From Leidyana gryllorum EB-2025a (lineage: Eukaryota > Protista > Apicomplexa), in NCBI GenBank assembly GCA_048772705.1, contig JBLWGC010000230.1, forward strand, positions 558,001 through 622,000: DNA of 64,000 nucleotides, in the 5' to 3' direction. This document shows positions 1-12,716 of this stretch, piece by piece (position 1 is the stretch's first letter; each line of letters starts with the position of its first letter). The notes under the pieces are model-generated. The model saw only the letters and a list, made by a program, of their open reading frames with translations. It was not told the origin of the DNA and made no database searches. The translations under genes were made by a program, and so were the position numbers.

Positions 1-3000
1 GCAAAACTCTTCCATCATCCAAGAAGTCTCAGTGGAGGACAGAAGCGGCGCTTGTGGCTCGCCTTGGCCATGATTGGTGAACCACATGTGGTATTTCTGG
101 ATGAGCCAACCAGTGGTGTAGATCCCATGGCGCGTCAGGACATTTGGAAGGTCATCCAAGATGAGCGGAAGAGTGGTCGCTGTATCATCATAACCACTCA
201 CCATATGGAGGAGGCGGATATCTTGGCCGACCGAAAAGCAGTTATGGCTTCTGGAAGACTCCACTGTCTCGGAAGCAGTCTTTTCTTGAAGAGCAAGTTC
301 GGTATCGGGTACTATTTAGAAGTACAGCTGAAACAAGAACTGAGTCCCCAAGAACGAGATCGGCATAGACGGGACATCACCAAGCGCGTGCGTGAGGTGA
401 TTCGCAATGCCAAATGGATCCAACTAGGCGGAGGGGACACCGTCGGTACCTTACAGGCTGTCAGTATCAGTTCCGGTATCTTGACATACGCTTTGCCTCT
501 GAGTTCGGTGGAACACTTCGGAACCCTGCTCAATGACCTTGAACAGAACAAAGATTCCTTCGCAATCGCGGACTACGCCATGTCAATGAGTACCCTCGAG
601 GAAGTATTCTTCAAGTTGGGTGAAGTTGAGACCGAGGAGGACCTCGAGAAGCTTCTGCGCCGTCCTAGTGGCAACAGTCTTGGAACTTCAGAAGGAACTC
701 CAGAAAACGCATTGGAGGATGGTGAAGAAAGCATTGAGCCTGTCAACGCAGGTCTACATGAGCCTACTCGTCGCAGTAGTCTTGCACTCGGGAATGGAGA
801 GGACGATGGCGATATTATTCCGTATGACGACGACGAGGCCAGCGATCTGGCCGGGGATCTGAGCTTGCAGCGTTTCCCAGACATCACCGCCAATCCCGAC
901 TTTGATGCAAGAGGATGGACCCGCAGTCAGCTGCTCGGCATAACCTACTTACGTTATGCGCAAGTGGCTCACAACAAGGGTCACTTCATGTTCGACGTTG
1001 TCCTTCCCACACTCATGTTCATGCTTGGGTTGATGGTCCGAAGAGAAGGCGTTGGTGGCATTGATACCCTGTTCGTGCAGGAACGAGCTGAACATCACTT
1101 CGCGGACTACAAGACCTACTTGAATGATACCATCCCGTACATGATCGACATCAATCTCAGCGACCGTGGACTCAAGAAAGCGGTTCGAATCTTGGAGAAG
1201 TTACCTTTCCGTGATCTGATGATGCCAGTATTGGACATCATGGACTGGAGACGCATCAAAGCTGAGGGCTACGGCATGGCTCGTATAAAGCAGGAGTTGC
1301 GTGCTCTTGCTCCGGTGGCCGCACGCAAGCGGGCGGAGATAGAAAGCGACCCCGAGCTGAACCGTAACTTCGAAGCGCTTCACAGGGAGCCTCGCAGCAG
1401 CCAGGAATACTTGGAGCGCAAAACTCCCAAAATCCCGAAGTTCAGCTTCGCCACTCGTGACATCAGCCGTGAAGGACCACCCAGGGTGACCGATGATGAT
1501 CTGCCCTTCCTCTACAACATTGGTGAAGAAATGCGCCGCACTCGCGTGGAAGGTCGTTTCTTGCGAAACTTCCTGTGGACAACAACAGCACACGACATCT
1601 TCGGGACCTGGCTGAATTTCTACCCAGCTGCAATTAGTTTCGAGGCCAACTCGGAACCTATCACTTCCCGCTCCAGCTTCGGTTCAGATAGAAAATCACC
1701 TGACGAAGTGCTCATCCGTTATTCGTGGAACCCATACGCCGCACATGCCTTCCCAACTTTCATCAATGGACTCGGCGAATCCATCTTGAACAATGCTTTC
1801 CTGGAAGATCCAATGTTGGGCTTGCATGATATGTCCGCAGCAGAAAAGCCAACCCCAGGCTCGAAGTTCTCCGCTCCACGTACATATAGCACAACCATTC
1901 CAGTACATTACGAGGCAGCCAATCAAGATCTGTTGGGTTCAGGAAATACCGCTGGTGCCATTGGCACTCAAGATCCGACCTACCAGTTGCAGTTCCATAG
2001 CCTTCCCGTTTACAGAGACATTCCAGTCTTTGTCACTCATCTCACATGGGCTTTGTACACTTTCTTGTCGTTCGGAAGCAGTTCCTTGCCTCTGCGATTC
2101 GGAAGCCAGATCATGTATGACAAGTACATGAAGTGCAAGCACTCTTTGATCGTTATGGGATGCTCCTTCAAGGTCTATTGGATTGGTACATTCTTGGTCA
2201 ACTGGGCGCTGATGAACTTTGCTAACACTTGTGTAGTTGCGGCCATCTGCTACTTCATTCCGCTTTTCTGGAAGCATTCTGCAAGCTTGGCAGCTGTTCA
2301 AGTGGGCATGCTTGGATATGGTGGTGCTATGCTGGTGTACGCCTACTTCTGGACATTTGTGTTCCAGTCGCAACGCTCCTACAGTCTTTTCCTCAACCTT
2401 TCGGTTGTGTCCTGTGCCATTGGTCCCGCTTACCTGGTGGCTGTCTTCCACGACGCGAAGCATGAGATCGGTTTTATTTCCCTGCGAGCCTTGAGTCACA
2501 TCATCCATCGCGTACTTAGTTTCACTCTTGCTCCCTATTGTCCGATTGGAATGCTGATGACTTGTGTGATGGTCATGAATCAAGCAGAGGCTGAGCGGAG
2601 GCTGGCTCGATTCTCGGAATTCATGTCATTTGAGAATAACGTCATCTGGACAATAATCGGCAGCTTCTTCCAGACCATTGTCTATGGCATCATCATCATC
2701 TACCTCGATTCTCGAGCTTACACTGCCAAGAAGCCGTCCAGAGTATGCGTGGGGGCGCTGCAGACATGGAAAGAAGTTCGCACTATGGTCCGACAGCAGA
2801 TTCTCGCTCGCGTTGGTGGTACTCCAGGCACAGCAGAAGTTGAGTCAATGATTCCTGTGCAGTTCCAAAGCATGAAAGACTCTGACGTTCAACACGAAGA
2901 GAAGCGTGTGCAGGACATCATGACGGTATACAACGCGCAAATGGCGGCTCGGGCATCTGGCGCTGGATCAGTGCCTCGTCACTTCCCTCGTCTCTTATTG

Positions 3001-4050
3001 CCACGTCCTCCGAAAGATCTACCCCTGATCATGGTTCACGAGCTCTATCACATTTACTTGCCTACATCAGAAGCCTCTGAACCGACTGTTGCCCTGAAGG
3101 GACTGAGTTTGGGCGTGAATGGCGGAGAGGTCATGGGATTGCTCGGACCCAACGGTGCTGGAAAATCCACTTGTATCAACCTGTTGACTTGTGATAGCGG
3201 CTTAGACGCTCCGAGTGGAGGTGACGGCTATCTTGGAGGCATCAGTGTGACCACCCAGCCTCAAAAAGCTTTCCCCTACATCGGTCTTGTTCCTCAGTTC
3301 GATGCTTTGTGGCCTGATGTGACAGTGGAAGACAACATTTTGACTTTCGCGAGGGTGAAGAACATGAAGACTCCTGTTCGCGAAAGGCGCATCAACGAAC
3401 TTGTCGCCGAGCTCGGCCTTACCTCGCATGTCCACAAGCGCATTAACGAACTCAGTGGAGGCAACAAACGCCGAACTTCAGTGGCGGTGGCATTCCTGGG
3501 CAATCCGAGAGTGGTGTTGATGGACGAGCCCAGTAGTGGAATTGATCCTGCTGGCCGACGCAAACTACAAGAGATCATTCAGCAGAAGGGGAAGGGCAAG
3601 AGTATTGTGATCACGACGCATAGCATGGAAGAGGCTGAAAGTCTATGTACCAAAGTCGGAATTGTGGTGAATGGAGAGCTTCAGTGTCTGAACACCTGCT
3701 TGAGTATCAAGAACAAATACGGATCCGGTATCCGTTTGGAGGTGGAACTGGCCGCGGATTGGAAGGGCACTGGACGATTGAGGTCCGAGGATCGTGAGCG
3801 TGCATTGAACTTCATTCGTCGGGAGATCCATCCCCAGACGGAACTGACTGAAGAAGTCGCAAATCGCCTGTTCATGAATATACCACTGACTACGAAGGAT
3901 TTGGGCCGAATTTTCGATGCAATGCACCGTGGCAGTGGCAGCGCAGGAATTAAGGAATACGGAATTTCACAGCCCACTCTAGATCAGGTATTCATTAAGT
4001 TTGCCAAACGGCAGATGGGAGCTCAAGTGCCGAGAGGGCCTGAAGAATGA
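1..4050 (+). CDS. ABCA-subfamily ABC transporter, 5'-truncated by the window
   Basis: Frame open from nt 1. NBD1 end (LSGGQKRRL, VFLDEPTSGVDP, TTHHMEEAD, LKSKFGIGY), second TM block, NBD2 (GPNGAGKST, LSGGNKRR, LMDEPSSGIDP), ABCA-type SQPTLDQVF tail. Confidence 0.95.
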   Translation, partial: AKLFHHPRSLSGGQKRRLWLALAMIGEPHVVFLDEPTSGVDPMARQDIWKVIQDERKSGRCIIITTHHMEEADILADRKAVMASGRLHCLGSSLFLKSKFGIGYYLEVQLKQELSPQERDRHRRDITKRVREVIRNAKWIQLGGGDTVGTLQAVSISSGILTYALPLSSVEHFGTLLNDLEQNKDSFAIADYAMSMSTLEEVFFKLGEVETEEDLEKLLRRPSGNSLGTSEGTPENALEDGEESIEPVNAGLHEPTRRSSLALGNGEDDGDIIPYDDDEASDLAGDLSLQRFPDITANPDFDARGWTRSQLLGITYLRYAQVAHNKGHFMFDVVLPTLMFMLGLMVRREGVGGIDTLFVQERAEHHFADYKTYLNDTIPYMIDINLSDRGLKKAVRILEKLPFRDLMMPVLDIMDWRRIKAEGYGMARIKQELRALAPVAARKRAEIESDPELNRNFEALHREPRSSQEYLERKTPKIPKFSFATRDISREGPPRVTDDDLPFLYNIGEEMRRTRVEGRFLRNFLWTTTAHDIFGTWLNFYPAAISFEANSEPITSRSSFGSDRKSPDEVLIRYSWNPYAAHAFPTFINGLGESILNNAFLEDPMLGLHDMSAAEKPTPGSKFSAPRTYSTTIPVHYEAANQDLLGSGNTAGAIGTQDPTYQLQFHSLPVYRDIPVFVTHLTWALYTFLSFGSSSLPLRFGSQIMYDKYMKCKHSLIVMGCSFKVYWIGTFLVNWALMNFANTCVVAAICYFIPLFWKHSASLAAVQVGMLGYGGAMLVYAYFWTFVFQSQRSYSLFLNLSVVSCAIGPAYLVAVFHDAKHEIGFISLRALSHIIHRVLSFTLAPYCPIGMLMTCVMVMNQAEAERRLARFSEFMSFENNVIWTIIGSFFQTIVYGIIIIYLDSRAYTAKKPSRVCVGALQTWKEVRTMVRQQILARVGGTPGTAEVESMIPVQFQSMKDSDVQHEEKRVQDIMTVYNAQMAARASGAGSVPRHFPRLLLPRPPKDLPLIMVHELYHIYLPTSEASEPTVALKGLSLGVNGGEVMGLLGPNGAGKSTCINLLTCDSGLDAPSGGDGYLGGISVTTQPQKAFPYIGLVPQFDALWPDVTVEDNILTFARVKNMKTPVRERRINELVAELGLTSHVHKRINELSGGNKRRTSVAVAFLGNPRVVLMDEPSSGIDPAGRRKLQEIIQQKGKGKSIVITTHSMEEAESLCTKVGIVVNGELQCLNTCLSIKNKYGSGIRLEVELAADWKGTGRLRSEDRERALNFIRREIHPQTELTEEVANRLFMNIPLTTKDLGRIFDAMHRGSGSAGIKEYGISQPTLDQVFIKFAKRQMGAQVPRGPEE

Positions 4051-4431
4051 TTAAAGTTAATGATTGAATGAAGTTATTGCATAAGCTATATGGGCGTCAA
4101 CGCAACATCGTTTTTATAATGTACATGAATATACTGAATGAACCGCAGAATGACCCATGCTCAACATGTTAATCACGGATAGTGAAACTGGGTCTTGAGG
4201 TAATCACAAGTATTTGTCACCTAATGAGCGATGTGCAGGCCTAAAGGCTTGTGATGGAGAATAGTCATCCTTATATTTGCTGTTTGTGTAGGCGATGTTG
4301 TTCGTGTAAGTGAGTAGGTAGGTGGTGGAGTGTGACTCGCCAGGTCGATATCGTGTGGCTTATATCAAGCTACCGAAGAGCAATTTAGTCTGAGAATTTA
4401 GTACGTATGGTGTGACACACACGTGTGCTGG

Positions 4432-5909
4432 ATGTTAGTGGGTATTGCGGTGCGACCCGAATGTGAAGTGACATTCATTTTCAAGCGGATTTCGCCCATT
4501 GTTCCCAACTTTCTGGAGATAAGTGCACGGAATTGGTGTTTAGCACAGCCGAAGCTCCGATCCGGCACGATCGACATTGCTCACTGGGAGCGCACACGAA
4601 AAGAACCATGTTTGAAGATTGAAGTCCGCTTCCTCGATCCTTCAGTGAAAGAACGAGAGCCCGCTCGCTGCGCCCTTTCCGTTCACATCGAGTACTTGCA
4701 CAACGATACACCAACCAGCGTAGCCTTGGAGGACGAAGAATCCCTACCAGCGTTGCGTCAGCTGCCGATTCCTCACGTATCCTTGCGCGGACTGGTGAGT
4801 TTTGGGAAATCGATACAGCTTACATACTGGTCATTGGCGTTTTCAGTGGGAAAGTCTGCACTTTGAAGATCAGCTCAAGGACGATCTGATCCGATATGCC
4901 TATGCTGCATTACGGTTGTCGAAAATAGGCACCAACGGTCAAGTGGTACACGCAAATCGACTGATTTTGGTGAGTAGTAATCCGCCTGCTGTCTACCATC
5001 CACAGGACAGCTTCATGGACCTCCTGGAGTTGGAAAGACATCCTTATGCCGAGCTTTCAGCGACGCTTTTGCTCGACGGCTCGATCGCATGAAGGGGGTA
5101 TCGAAGCCTCTTTACAAAGACTTCTACCTGGTCGAGGTTAACGCCGCGGCGCTGTTCTCGAAATACTTCTCTGAGTCGGGGAAAGCTGTGTCGAAAGTCT
5201 TTGGTCACATCACCAGTCTTGCGGAGGAAGAAGGTGCCTTCGTAACTGTTCTGATGGATGAAGTGGAGACGTTGAGCATCAGCAGAGCTGCAACAGCGAA
5301 GGCAGGAGAAAACATGGAAACTCTGAGAGTTGTCAATACCGTATTGACACAGCTGGATCAACTCATGAACTTGCCAAACGTGCTCTTGCTGTGTACGACT
5401 AACTTACTGGAATCTCTGGACCCAGCCTTTGTTGATAGGGCAGACCTGATCAGAAAGCTTCCGCCTCCCGGAGTTATAGCTCGAACCAAAATAATCGGGG
5501 AAGCTCTTCAGGAGATGGTACGTGGTCACGCATATGTTGTATCCAATGACTCTCAATTGTTCAGCATCGGCACCAATTGATCCGAGGGCCGTTACCCTTG
5601 CCTTGTGATCTTACGGATTGGTTGATGCCACGGTCGAAAAGAGCGAGATCAGCTGACGATGCTTCACCAGAATGCGACGACTTACTTGACTCGCTAGTGG
5701 ATGCCACAGCGAATTACAGCGGCCGAAAGCTACGTCGTCTCCCATTACACGCTCTAGCACAATTAACGCAACCGCGGATGACACGGGACGACTCCCGGCA
5801 GCTGAGTTCGTCGGCGAGTGAACAAGCGCTCGAGAGTGGCAATGGTGAAGCCCATACGGTACAGAGCTTCATGTCTGCCATGTTGGATTGTGCCCGAAAA
5901 TTCATGTGA
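4432..5909 (+). CDS. PCH2: Pachytene checkpoint 2 / TRIP13 AAA+ ATPase (spliced; start uncertain)
   Basis: Splicing gives WESLHFE...NRLIL|LHGPPGVGKTSLCRA (intron 4969-5010), EVNAAALFSKYFSESGKAV, Walker B LMDEVETL, RVVNTVLTQLDQL, DPAFVDRAD, SGRKLRRLP. Confidence 0.9.
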
Positions 5910-5932
5910 AGACAATGGACCATGCAGAGCAC

Positions 5933-7694
5933 TCAGATGGTGTTCGTGATCTCGCCAGTTTCAGTGGTGGGTTCTGAAGAAGGTTTTTCAAAGGGTGAGG
6001 CACCAAACGCTGCCCCCTTTGTCTCCGGCAGGAAGAAAGCGAATATGTATAGGACAACGCACGCCACTGCAGGCGACACAGATGTGAACCTTTTATGTTT
6101 TATCTTACCTGTCATTGTCAGATACAAGAACCCTATGGGGATAAGGGTTCCAATGAGCACCATAGTACCACTGATGAACCAGTTGAAGGAGGTGATGAGG
6201 CCTGATGCTTGGCTTCGCACATTGGCTGGTAGAATTTCATTGACGTAAAGGAACATGACGGAGCCGATGCCAATAGCGAAGCAGAGGACGAAGAATAATA
6301 AGCCACCAAGTAGAAGGAACTTGCGCACATCAGCCATGAACCAACGGAAGCCTCCGATCATCATCAGAGCGGCTGCCACGGCGCAGCCGGCGCTACCCCA
6401 TTTAACTAACGCGACCCGTCCGAATTTCTCAACGAGCCACACAGCGGGGATGGTAGCGAGCACGTTCAGTCCAGTGAGTCCAACACTGATACCGTATGCA
6501 GCGCTGGTGGTGAAGCCAACATTGGTGAGTAGTCTGTTAGCGGTGGCGAAGATGATGTTGACACCAGTGGCTTGGATAAGAAGGACGAAGATGAGGCCAG
6601 CAAAAACTGCTCTTTTGGTGCCTGCCGCACGTCGGCGTTCCTGGGGAGGGTCGTGTTCAACGGGATGAAGGAGAAGTTTCCACAAACTTTCCTCTCTGGT
6701 GACCGAGTTTGCAATTTCCTGGCGGCGAGGGTGGGGCTGTTCCGCTCCGGGTGCTTGGGGGGTAACAGAAAAATCACGATCTATCCGTTTCAAAACGCCA
6801 TCAACTTCTTGAAGTCCTTCGTCGTTCTCCCGGTTGAGCATTAGGTACACAGGTGACTCGGGAAGCGAGAGGAGTAGACCCAGCGCCATGACACTCAACG
6901 CAGCAGGGAGCAGTAAGATGACACGGGAGACGACACTAAGAGATCAGCATTGCACTCAATTGATATGTGGGGCTTACCCATTGCTCGTGGTGGTAGTGAA
7001 GTCGAGGGTGCCGCCAGGCAGGGTGGTCTTGGTAGGCGGCGAGTAAGCCAGAGCGAGTATATTGGGAACAAAAATGCCAAAAGTGACCATTAGTTGCCAG
7101 AAGATACTGAAGATCTGATGAATAACGGTTTGTGATAACAGCGCTCACCCGTAACGGCCACGCAAGACAGGTTTCGGAACGACCTCCAACAGATACATTA
7201 GCACAGTGACATTCGACGCGCCAACACCAATACCGTTGATTGCTCGTCCGAGAGTGTAAAGGAACATGCCCCAAGTGGTGATGCCATCACCGATGGTGAT
7301 GGCCGGTCGGATCGGGAGCAGGATGGCCTCCAGAACTCCGCCAATGACGTACAAGAAGAAGCTGATGCCAATGCTGGGCCGGCGGCCCAAGGAGCTAGCG
7401 AAGGCGCCGCCGATCAGTGCTCCAGCCGCTGAAGAAGGCGATTTTGGGGTGTGCAAAGGTGAGTGGACTACCTGTACACCAGAAGAAGGTCGAGTTCGCC
7501 CACGCTAGTAGAGTAAGCCCCTCTGTGGTAGCCAAAGGAGTTACTTCCTTTGCGTCGGTGGGATGCCATGGACCTCTGAAAAGGTGAAGTGTAGCGTCAG
7601 TGCCAACTGCGTTAATGTCAGCCAAGAGAAACCCAAAGTTGAATGCGGCGATCAGGCATACTGCCGCTATGCGGGAGATTCTTGATTCAGGCAT
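5933..7694 (-). CDS. MFS sugar porter (hexose transporter-like), spliced
   Basis: GRR loop, GRAINGIGVG, YLLEV, LPESPVYL, QATGVNII, VEKFGR, EILPANVRS and LPETKG sugar-porter motifs across ORFs 7395-7694, 7145-7456, 6895-7080 and 5933-6898. Confidence 0.92.
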
Positions 7695-7781
7695 CGAAAG
7701 TGTGTCAATGGATTGACATGGACATGCATACGAGGCTGATCGGGGTTGGGGTCACAAAGGTGCCGATCAGTGCACACACTG

Positions 7782-10700
7782 ATGGCTGCAGATGTTGTGG
7801 TTAAAGGGATCGCCGCGGAGGGTCGATTAATTGCGGAAGAGCTGCTCTCCAGGCCTGATCCCGCTCCCGTGACTGAAACAGTGGCAGAAGGTAGAAATCG
7901 AGTTGATCTAGTCCAGTGTGCACAGACCCGTTTCCCTTTTAGACACCGAGGCAGGCAAGTCAGATGGGAAAAGGTTTTTTTCGAGCGTGACGGACTCTGT
8001 TGGACGTTGGTGGACGGGGAACCAAGAAAAAGCGCCCCAAGTTGGACAGGAGGCCGAACTTTGCCGCACACAGGTGAGAAATTGGAGGTGTGTGCTGGCG
8101 TGTGCTAAGAGCCGCGACCCTCGTTGTTCAGGCTATAGTGACGCAGGATGAACTGGCGTCGTTGGCACTCGCATATTCAGAAATGCAAATGCCACCTGGG
8201 GGCAGGGGGAGGGTCCTGCGTTTTGTGTGGCAGATTTCTGATCTTGAAGTTATCAATCTGTCAAGTTCGCGTCAAACCCTATACTTAGGTGAGCAAACAA
8301 AAACGTCGGAAGGTCGTTGTACCGCTATCATACAGAGGTGGCAGTGGGTCCTCCTCCCGAGCGTATTTGCGTTGCCAAGCGTAGAGCCTTATGGCGAGAG
8401 CATCATACGGAGTGGGCGCTAGATGGCCCCATTCACAAGATGTCGAAAATGACGGAGACATTCCAGCTGCAGGCTGAAGGAGATGTCGATACGACATCAG
8501 TGTCATTGAAGGAGACGATTCGCGGTGACTGGAGAGGGGTTGCGGAACAACTGGAACGTCACACATTGACCATTCGGGCATGGAAGCGTAGCGGGTGGTT
8601 TGTATTTGAGCCATATGCAGAGGCCAGCATATCTCTGGAAACGTTGTCTCACAGTGAACCGTTTCAGCACTTCAATTTATTGCCTTTGGGTTTGAAAGGA
8701 GACGAAGTGATCCGAGTTTACGCGACAGTACTCTTTGAGCAGGTTTTTGACTTTGTGGTCAATCTGAAGAACATTCAGATAACGTATCCACCGGGGGGTT
8801 CATTGGCTCGGTTATTGGACTCCAAATACAAAGCTCAGTTGAGCGTCCACACTCACCGTCCTACCTTTGACGAAGCTGAGGTGTGTTTCTACCCAGAGCG
8901 GTCCAGCGGCATGTGAGTAAGCCAGACAGTGGAAATGAGTGTGTGATCTTCAGACATCATTTATCCAATCAGCGGGTGGAGATTCCACGGCTTGGGACTC
9001 TCTTTTGGCGAAATGTACCCAGTGCGTTTGCCAAGTCGATCTTGAAAGTGCGGTTCCGCCAATGGTGGAACCGATGGGGCGAGGCGTTGGAGTTCGAGAT
9101 CCAGTTGGAACAGCTGATAGACACCGGGAAGCTGCAATTATGTGGTCTGAGTTCCAAAAGTCACCCAGATGCCATTATTGACATTACTTTGGATCTCGTC
9201 CGTCAGCCCCCATATAGACAGTTAGGTCATCAAGCTGCGATGGCTGGAGCTCCAAGTCTTCTTTTTGCCAAAGTGGTGCAGTCTTCCGGTCTCCCAACCA
9301 TAGTCAATAACCAGAAATGGGTCATTGAGATGTCAGCACATCTTCTCAATCGAACCTATGTGGATGCTCACTCGAGTCCCGAAGCCGTAGGGGCAGCAGC
9401 GTCAGCTAAGGAGTTCTCCGGCCCAGTCGTGTCCTACTTTCTGGGCCGCGAACTCATTCTTCCATTGCCCTCAGCGCTGCCCCCGTCCACCTTTCGTCGA
9501 TTAAAGGTCAGTCAAACACCTCAAACACCTCATCAAACACCCCCACACAGAACTATACACCAATGTCCATAACCGACGAGCCTCGGAGATGGTACCAGCG
9601 ATTGATCAACTTTGGCCGACGGGACAGAGTCGAGGCTCAAGCCATGGACACCGCTGGCGACGACGAAAGCAAACTTTTATTGGGGCCTCGATCAGAGCAA
9701 AACTTGGACCTCTCATCCGATAACGCTATTTCATATGGCTCACTCCTCGCCCACCTTGCCATACAGATCGACCTCTGGTACACCAACGGAGACTCAGACA
9801 CCTGGATACCCAGCGACTGCTCCACTCGACGTCACGTGGGGTGGGCATTATGCCCCCTCTACGGCGCCATAAAGGTTAGAACTCCTCAATACCCTCACTG
9901 CTTCTCTCAACCGTTGCTTTAGAACATCATCAACAAGACACAGAGAGAGAGCGCAACTCAGAATCGTCTTAGTACCTCCAGTCTACGGGTCATAGCACGG
10001 TGCGTAGTTTCGGGAAACTTGCACATCGACCACGTCTTTTCACAGACCTTCAGCAGAGATTACCGTTCCTCTGCATCGCTTAGGCAGCGCGCGGGCCGAT
10101 GCGGGTGTCACTCTTACCATGAAATTGGAATTCAACCCCCCACCACACAGCAATCTCGTCTTTCCCGCTACACAACCACCACTTCCTCCTCATATGACCT
10201 TAGAGTGAGTACCGTCTCCAAGCCGGCCTCATCATCCCACCGAACAGCATTCCCCCGGTACTCGAGTCGCTGGATCGCTTCTTCTGGCGTAATGAGCGCG
10301 GCATTGTGGTGTGCTTATGCGACCTCTTACAGCCTCAGCTTTCGGCTCAGAATCAGAGAACTCGTGGCAGCGTTTGCGCACAGTAAGTCGCCTCGCATGA
10401 GCTCCTCCACATATATCGATCGATGCACAAACAGAGCCATACGTCCTCTTTCTACAACCACCACTCAACAGTTCATTCAAACTCCCTTCTTCCTGGCCGA
10501 CCGTCACGGCTGCGGTTCGGAGATGGACCGAAGCACCTTGGCTTGCGCACTACAGATCGCAAACTCCAAACTGGCCAAACTCGCAGTCCTCGAAACCGGC
10601 AAACAATACAGTGTGTGGTGTGTGCTGGAGCCCAAGGATGCTGGTACTCCAGGCCGTACACCTCTGTACCACGCTTATCGTGTCACATCGCCAGCAGTCA

Positions 10701-11477
10701 TGCAACCCTTTGAGAACCAGAGATCGTTGGCCTCTTTTGGGTGAGAGCTCGCACATTCGACCTTTGCCCTCAATACATAGCACCTCCAGTGGCCGCATCA
10801 AAGCGGTGATCGACCCACAGGGCGTCTACGAACCTCTGAAAGGTGACTCGGCGGATTGGACCGACAGTGCCAACTGGCGCTTCACCCCGCGCAATGAGCT
10901 GTGGCAACACTTTATGCGATTGGCAGCGGGGGGTGGGCCTCCTCCCAGGCCCCCTACATATACCTTCCACCTATATCCACTGTTGACGAGGCCGATATTG
11001 CGGCGCATCGAAAGAGAGCTGAATGAAACGATTGCAGATCAATTGAAGAATCGATTGCCCGAATCACACCACGTTCAACTTGATTCCAAACTCTCTCTTC
11101 TGCTAGACGCCATTGAGGACGAGGACGAAAAGCAGTTTCAGAATATTGTCAAGAACTTGCGAGCCACAGCGCCGCTTCAATACCACATACAGATAGTCAC
11201 AATTCACTCCTCATCTATCAGTTCGGCCTACTGGAAACGAACAGCACAAATAATGCGGATTCGACCGCCAGGTAAGAGTCATTGTGAGGTTTTCACAAAA
11301 CACATTTGCTGCACAGTGCGGCATGCTTTTCTGGTGAAAGCTTATCCGCGTCCGATGAGCAAAGCACCGATATTCATTCGAATCGCTTGGGTCGGGATCC
11401 GAAGTATGTCAGGACAAGAGAGGCAATATCTGCAACTCGTCGAGGAGGATAATCGCCGTCGGCAGCAGGATCACTGA
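7782..11477 (+). CDS. CEP76/CC2D2A-like protein (C2-like regions, degenerate transglutaminase-like domain, CEP76-type C-terminus), multi-exon
   Basis: Chain of + ORFs joined by ~40 nt introns. PFFLADRHGCGSEMDRSTLACAL...VWCV resembles the P-x-FL-x4-GD-x-EDHA-x-LLC...WV core. IERELNETI...LDSKLSLLL...F...AFLVKAYP resembles the CEP76 C-terminal domain. Confidence 0.55.
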
Positions 11478-11501
11478 CTAAATTTTTTGACTCGGTGCTC
11501 A

Positions 11502-12697
11502 ATGGCAGTCGGAGCCCAATTGCCAGCACACCTTAAACGTCAAGTCAAAGAGCTGATTTGTACTGCTGAGGGTCCTCGAGATGTTGAAACCATAAACTAT
11601 GCCGGAGCTTTCGCTTCATTGGGTATATTGGAGCAGTTCAGTCTTGAGAAGTTTGTTGAAAACTTCCAGATTCGTATCATCAGCAATGAGCCCGACAAAC
11701 TCATGTTCGATATGATCGGTGTTGAAGTAGCATACGCCAACGCCCTAAGACGTATCATGATCGCTGAAGTGCCTACTATGGCTATTGAAACTGTCCATTT
11801 GAACCAAAATACTGGAGTCATCCAAGACGAAGTTCTCTGCCATCGCCTGGGTTTGATACCCTTCAGAGTCGAACCAGAAGACTTTGAGTATCGAACTGGT
11901 AAGAAAGGCACACTCGACCCCATATCTTCGCAGAAAACGAGGAACTGAGTGCTGACAATGCTCTGCGGTTCAAACTGCACGTTGTCTGTGATGAAACGAA
12001 TCTGGATCGCTCTCAACGAGCACTTCCTGTATACAGCGGAGATTTTGTTTGGGAGCCGCTGAGTGAGAAACAGAGGAAAAAGTACGCTGACAAACCACCT
12101 GGACCAATAAACGACAAGATATTGATCACCAAATTGCGTCCCGGCCAAGAAATTGAGGCTTGGTGCTATGTTGAAAAGGGCATTGGCAAGACACACGCCA
12201 AATGGAGCCCTTCAGCGCCTGCCGTCTATCGTCTTCAACCTAATATAGGTAACACACACACTCACACTGCTCCCATCTCTCATGCCACTCTCAGTTTTCC
12301 CAGAGGACCCATTGACGGGCGAGGAGGCAAAAGAGCTGAAAGAATTGTGTCCTATGAAGGTCTTTGACATTGAAGATATGGGTAACGGCTCAGTCAAAAG
12401 CGTAGTGGCTGATGCACGAAAATGCACAACGTGTCGAGCTTGTATAGAACGGTTCCCAGGAAGAGTTGAAGTACGCAAAATCAAAGATCATTTCATCTGT
12501 AAGCAACCTCCCTCCACTCACAGCCCAATAGTTCTTCAGTCCAAGTTGAGGGCACTGGAGCTATACCAGCCGTAGAGATATTCCGAAGAGCCATCAAAGT
12601 CTTCATCCAAAAACTAGCCAAGCTTCGTCAATCCATTGACAAGTTCAAGAGCGCGGACATGGCTGAGGATGAGGAGGCAGACATGGAAGAAAATTGA
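11502..12697 (+). CDS. POLR1C: RNA polymerase I/III shared subunit RPAC1 (RPC40)
   Basis: ANALRRIMIAEVPTMAIE, NTGVIQDEVLCHRLGLIP, KLRPGQEI, GIGKTHAKWSP, CPMKVFDIED, RKCTTCRAC; stop at 12695-12697. Confidence 0.95.
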
Positions 12698-12716
12698 GCA
12701 TCAAGAGGCTGATCGT

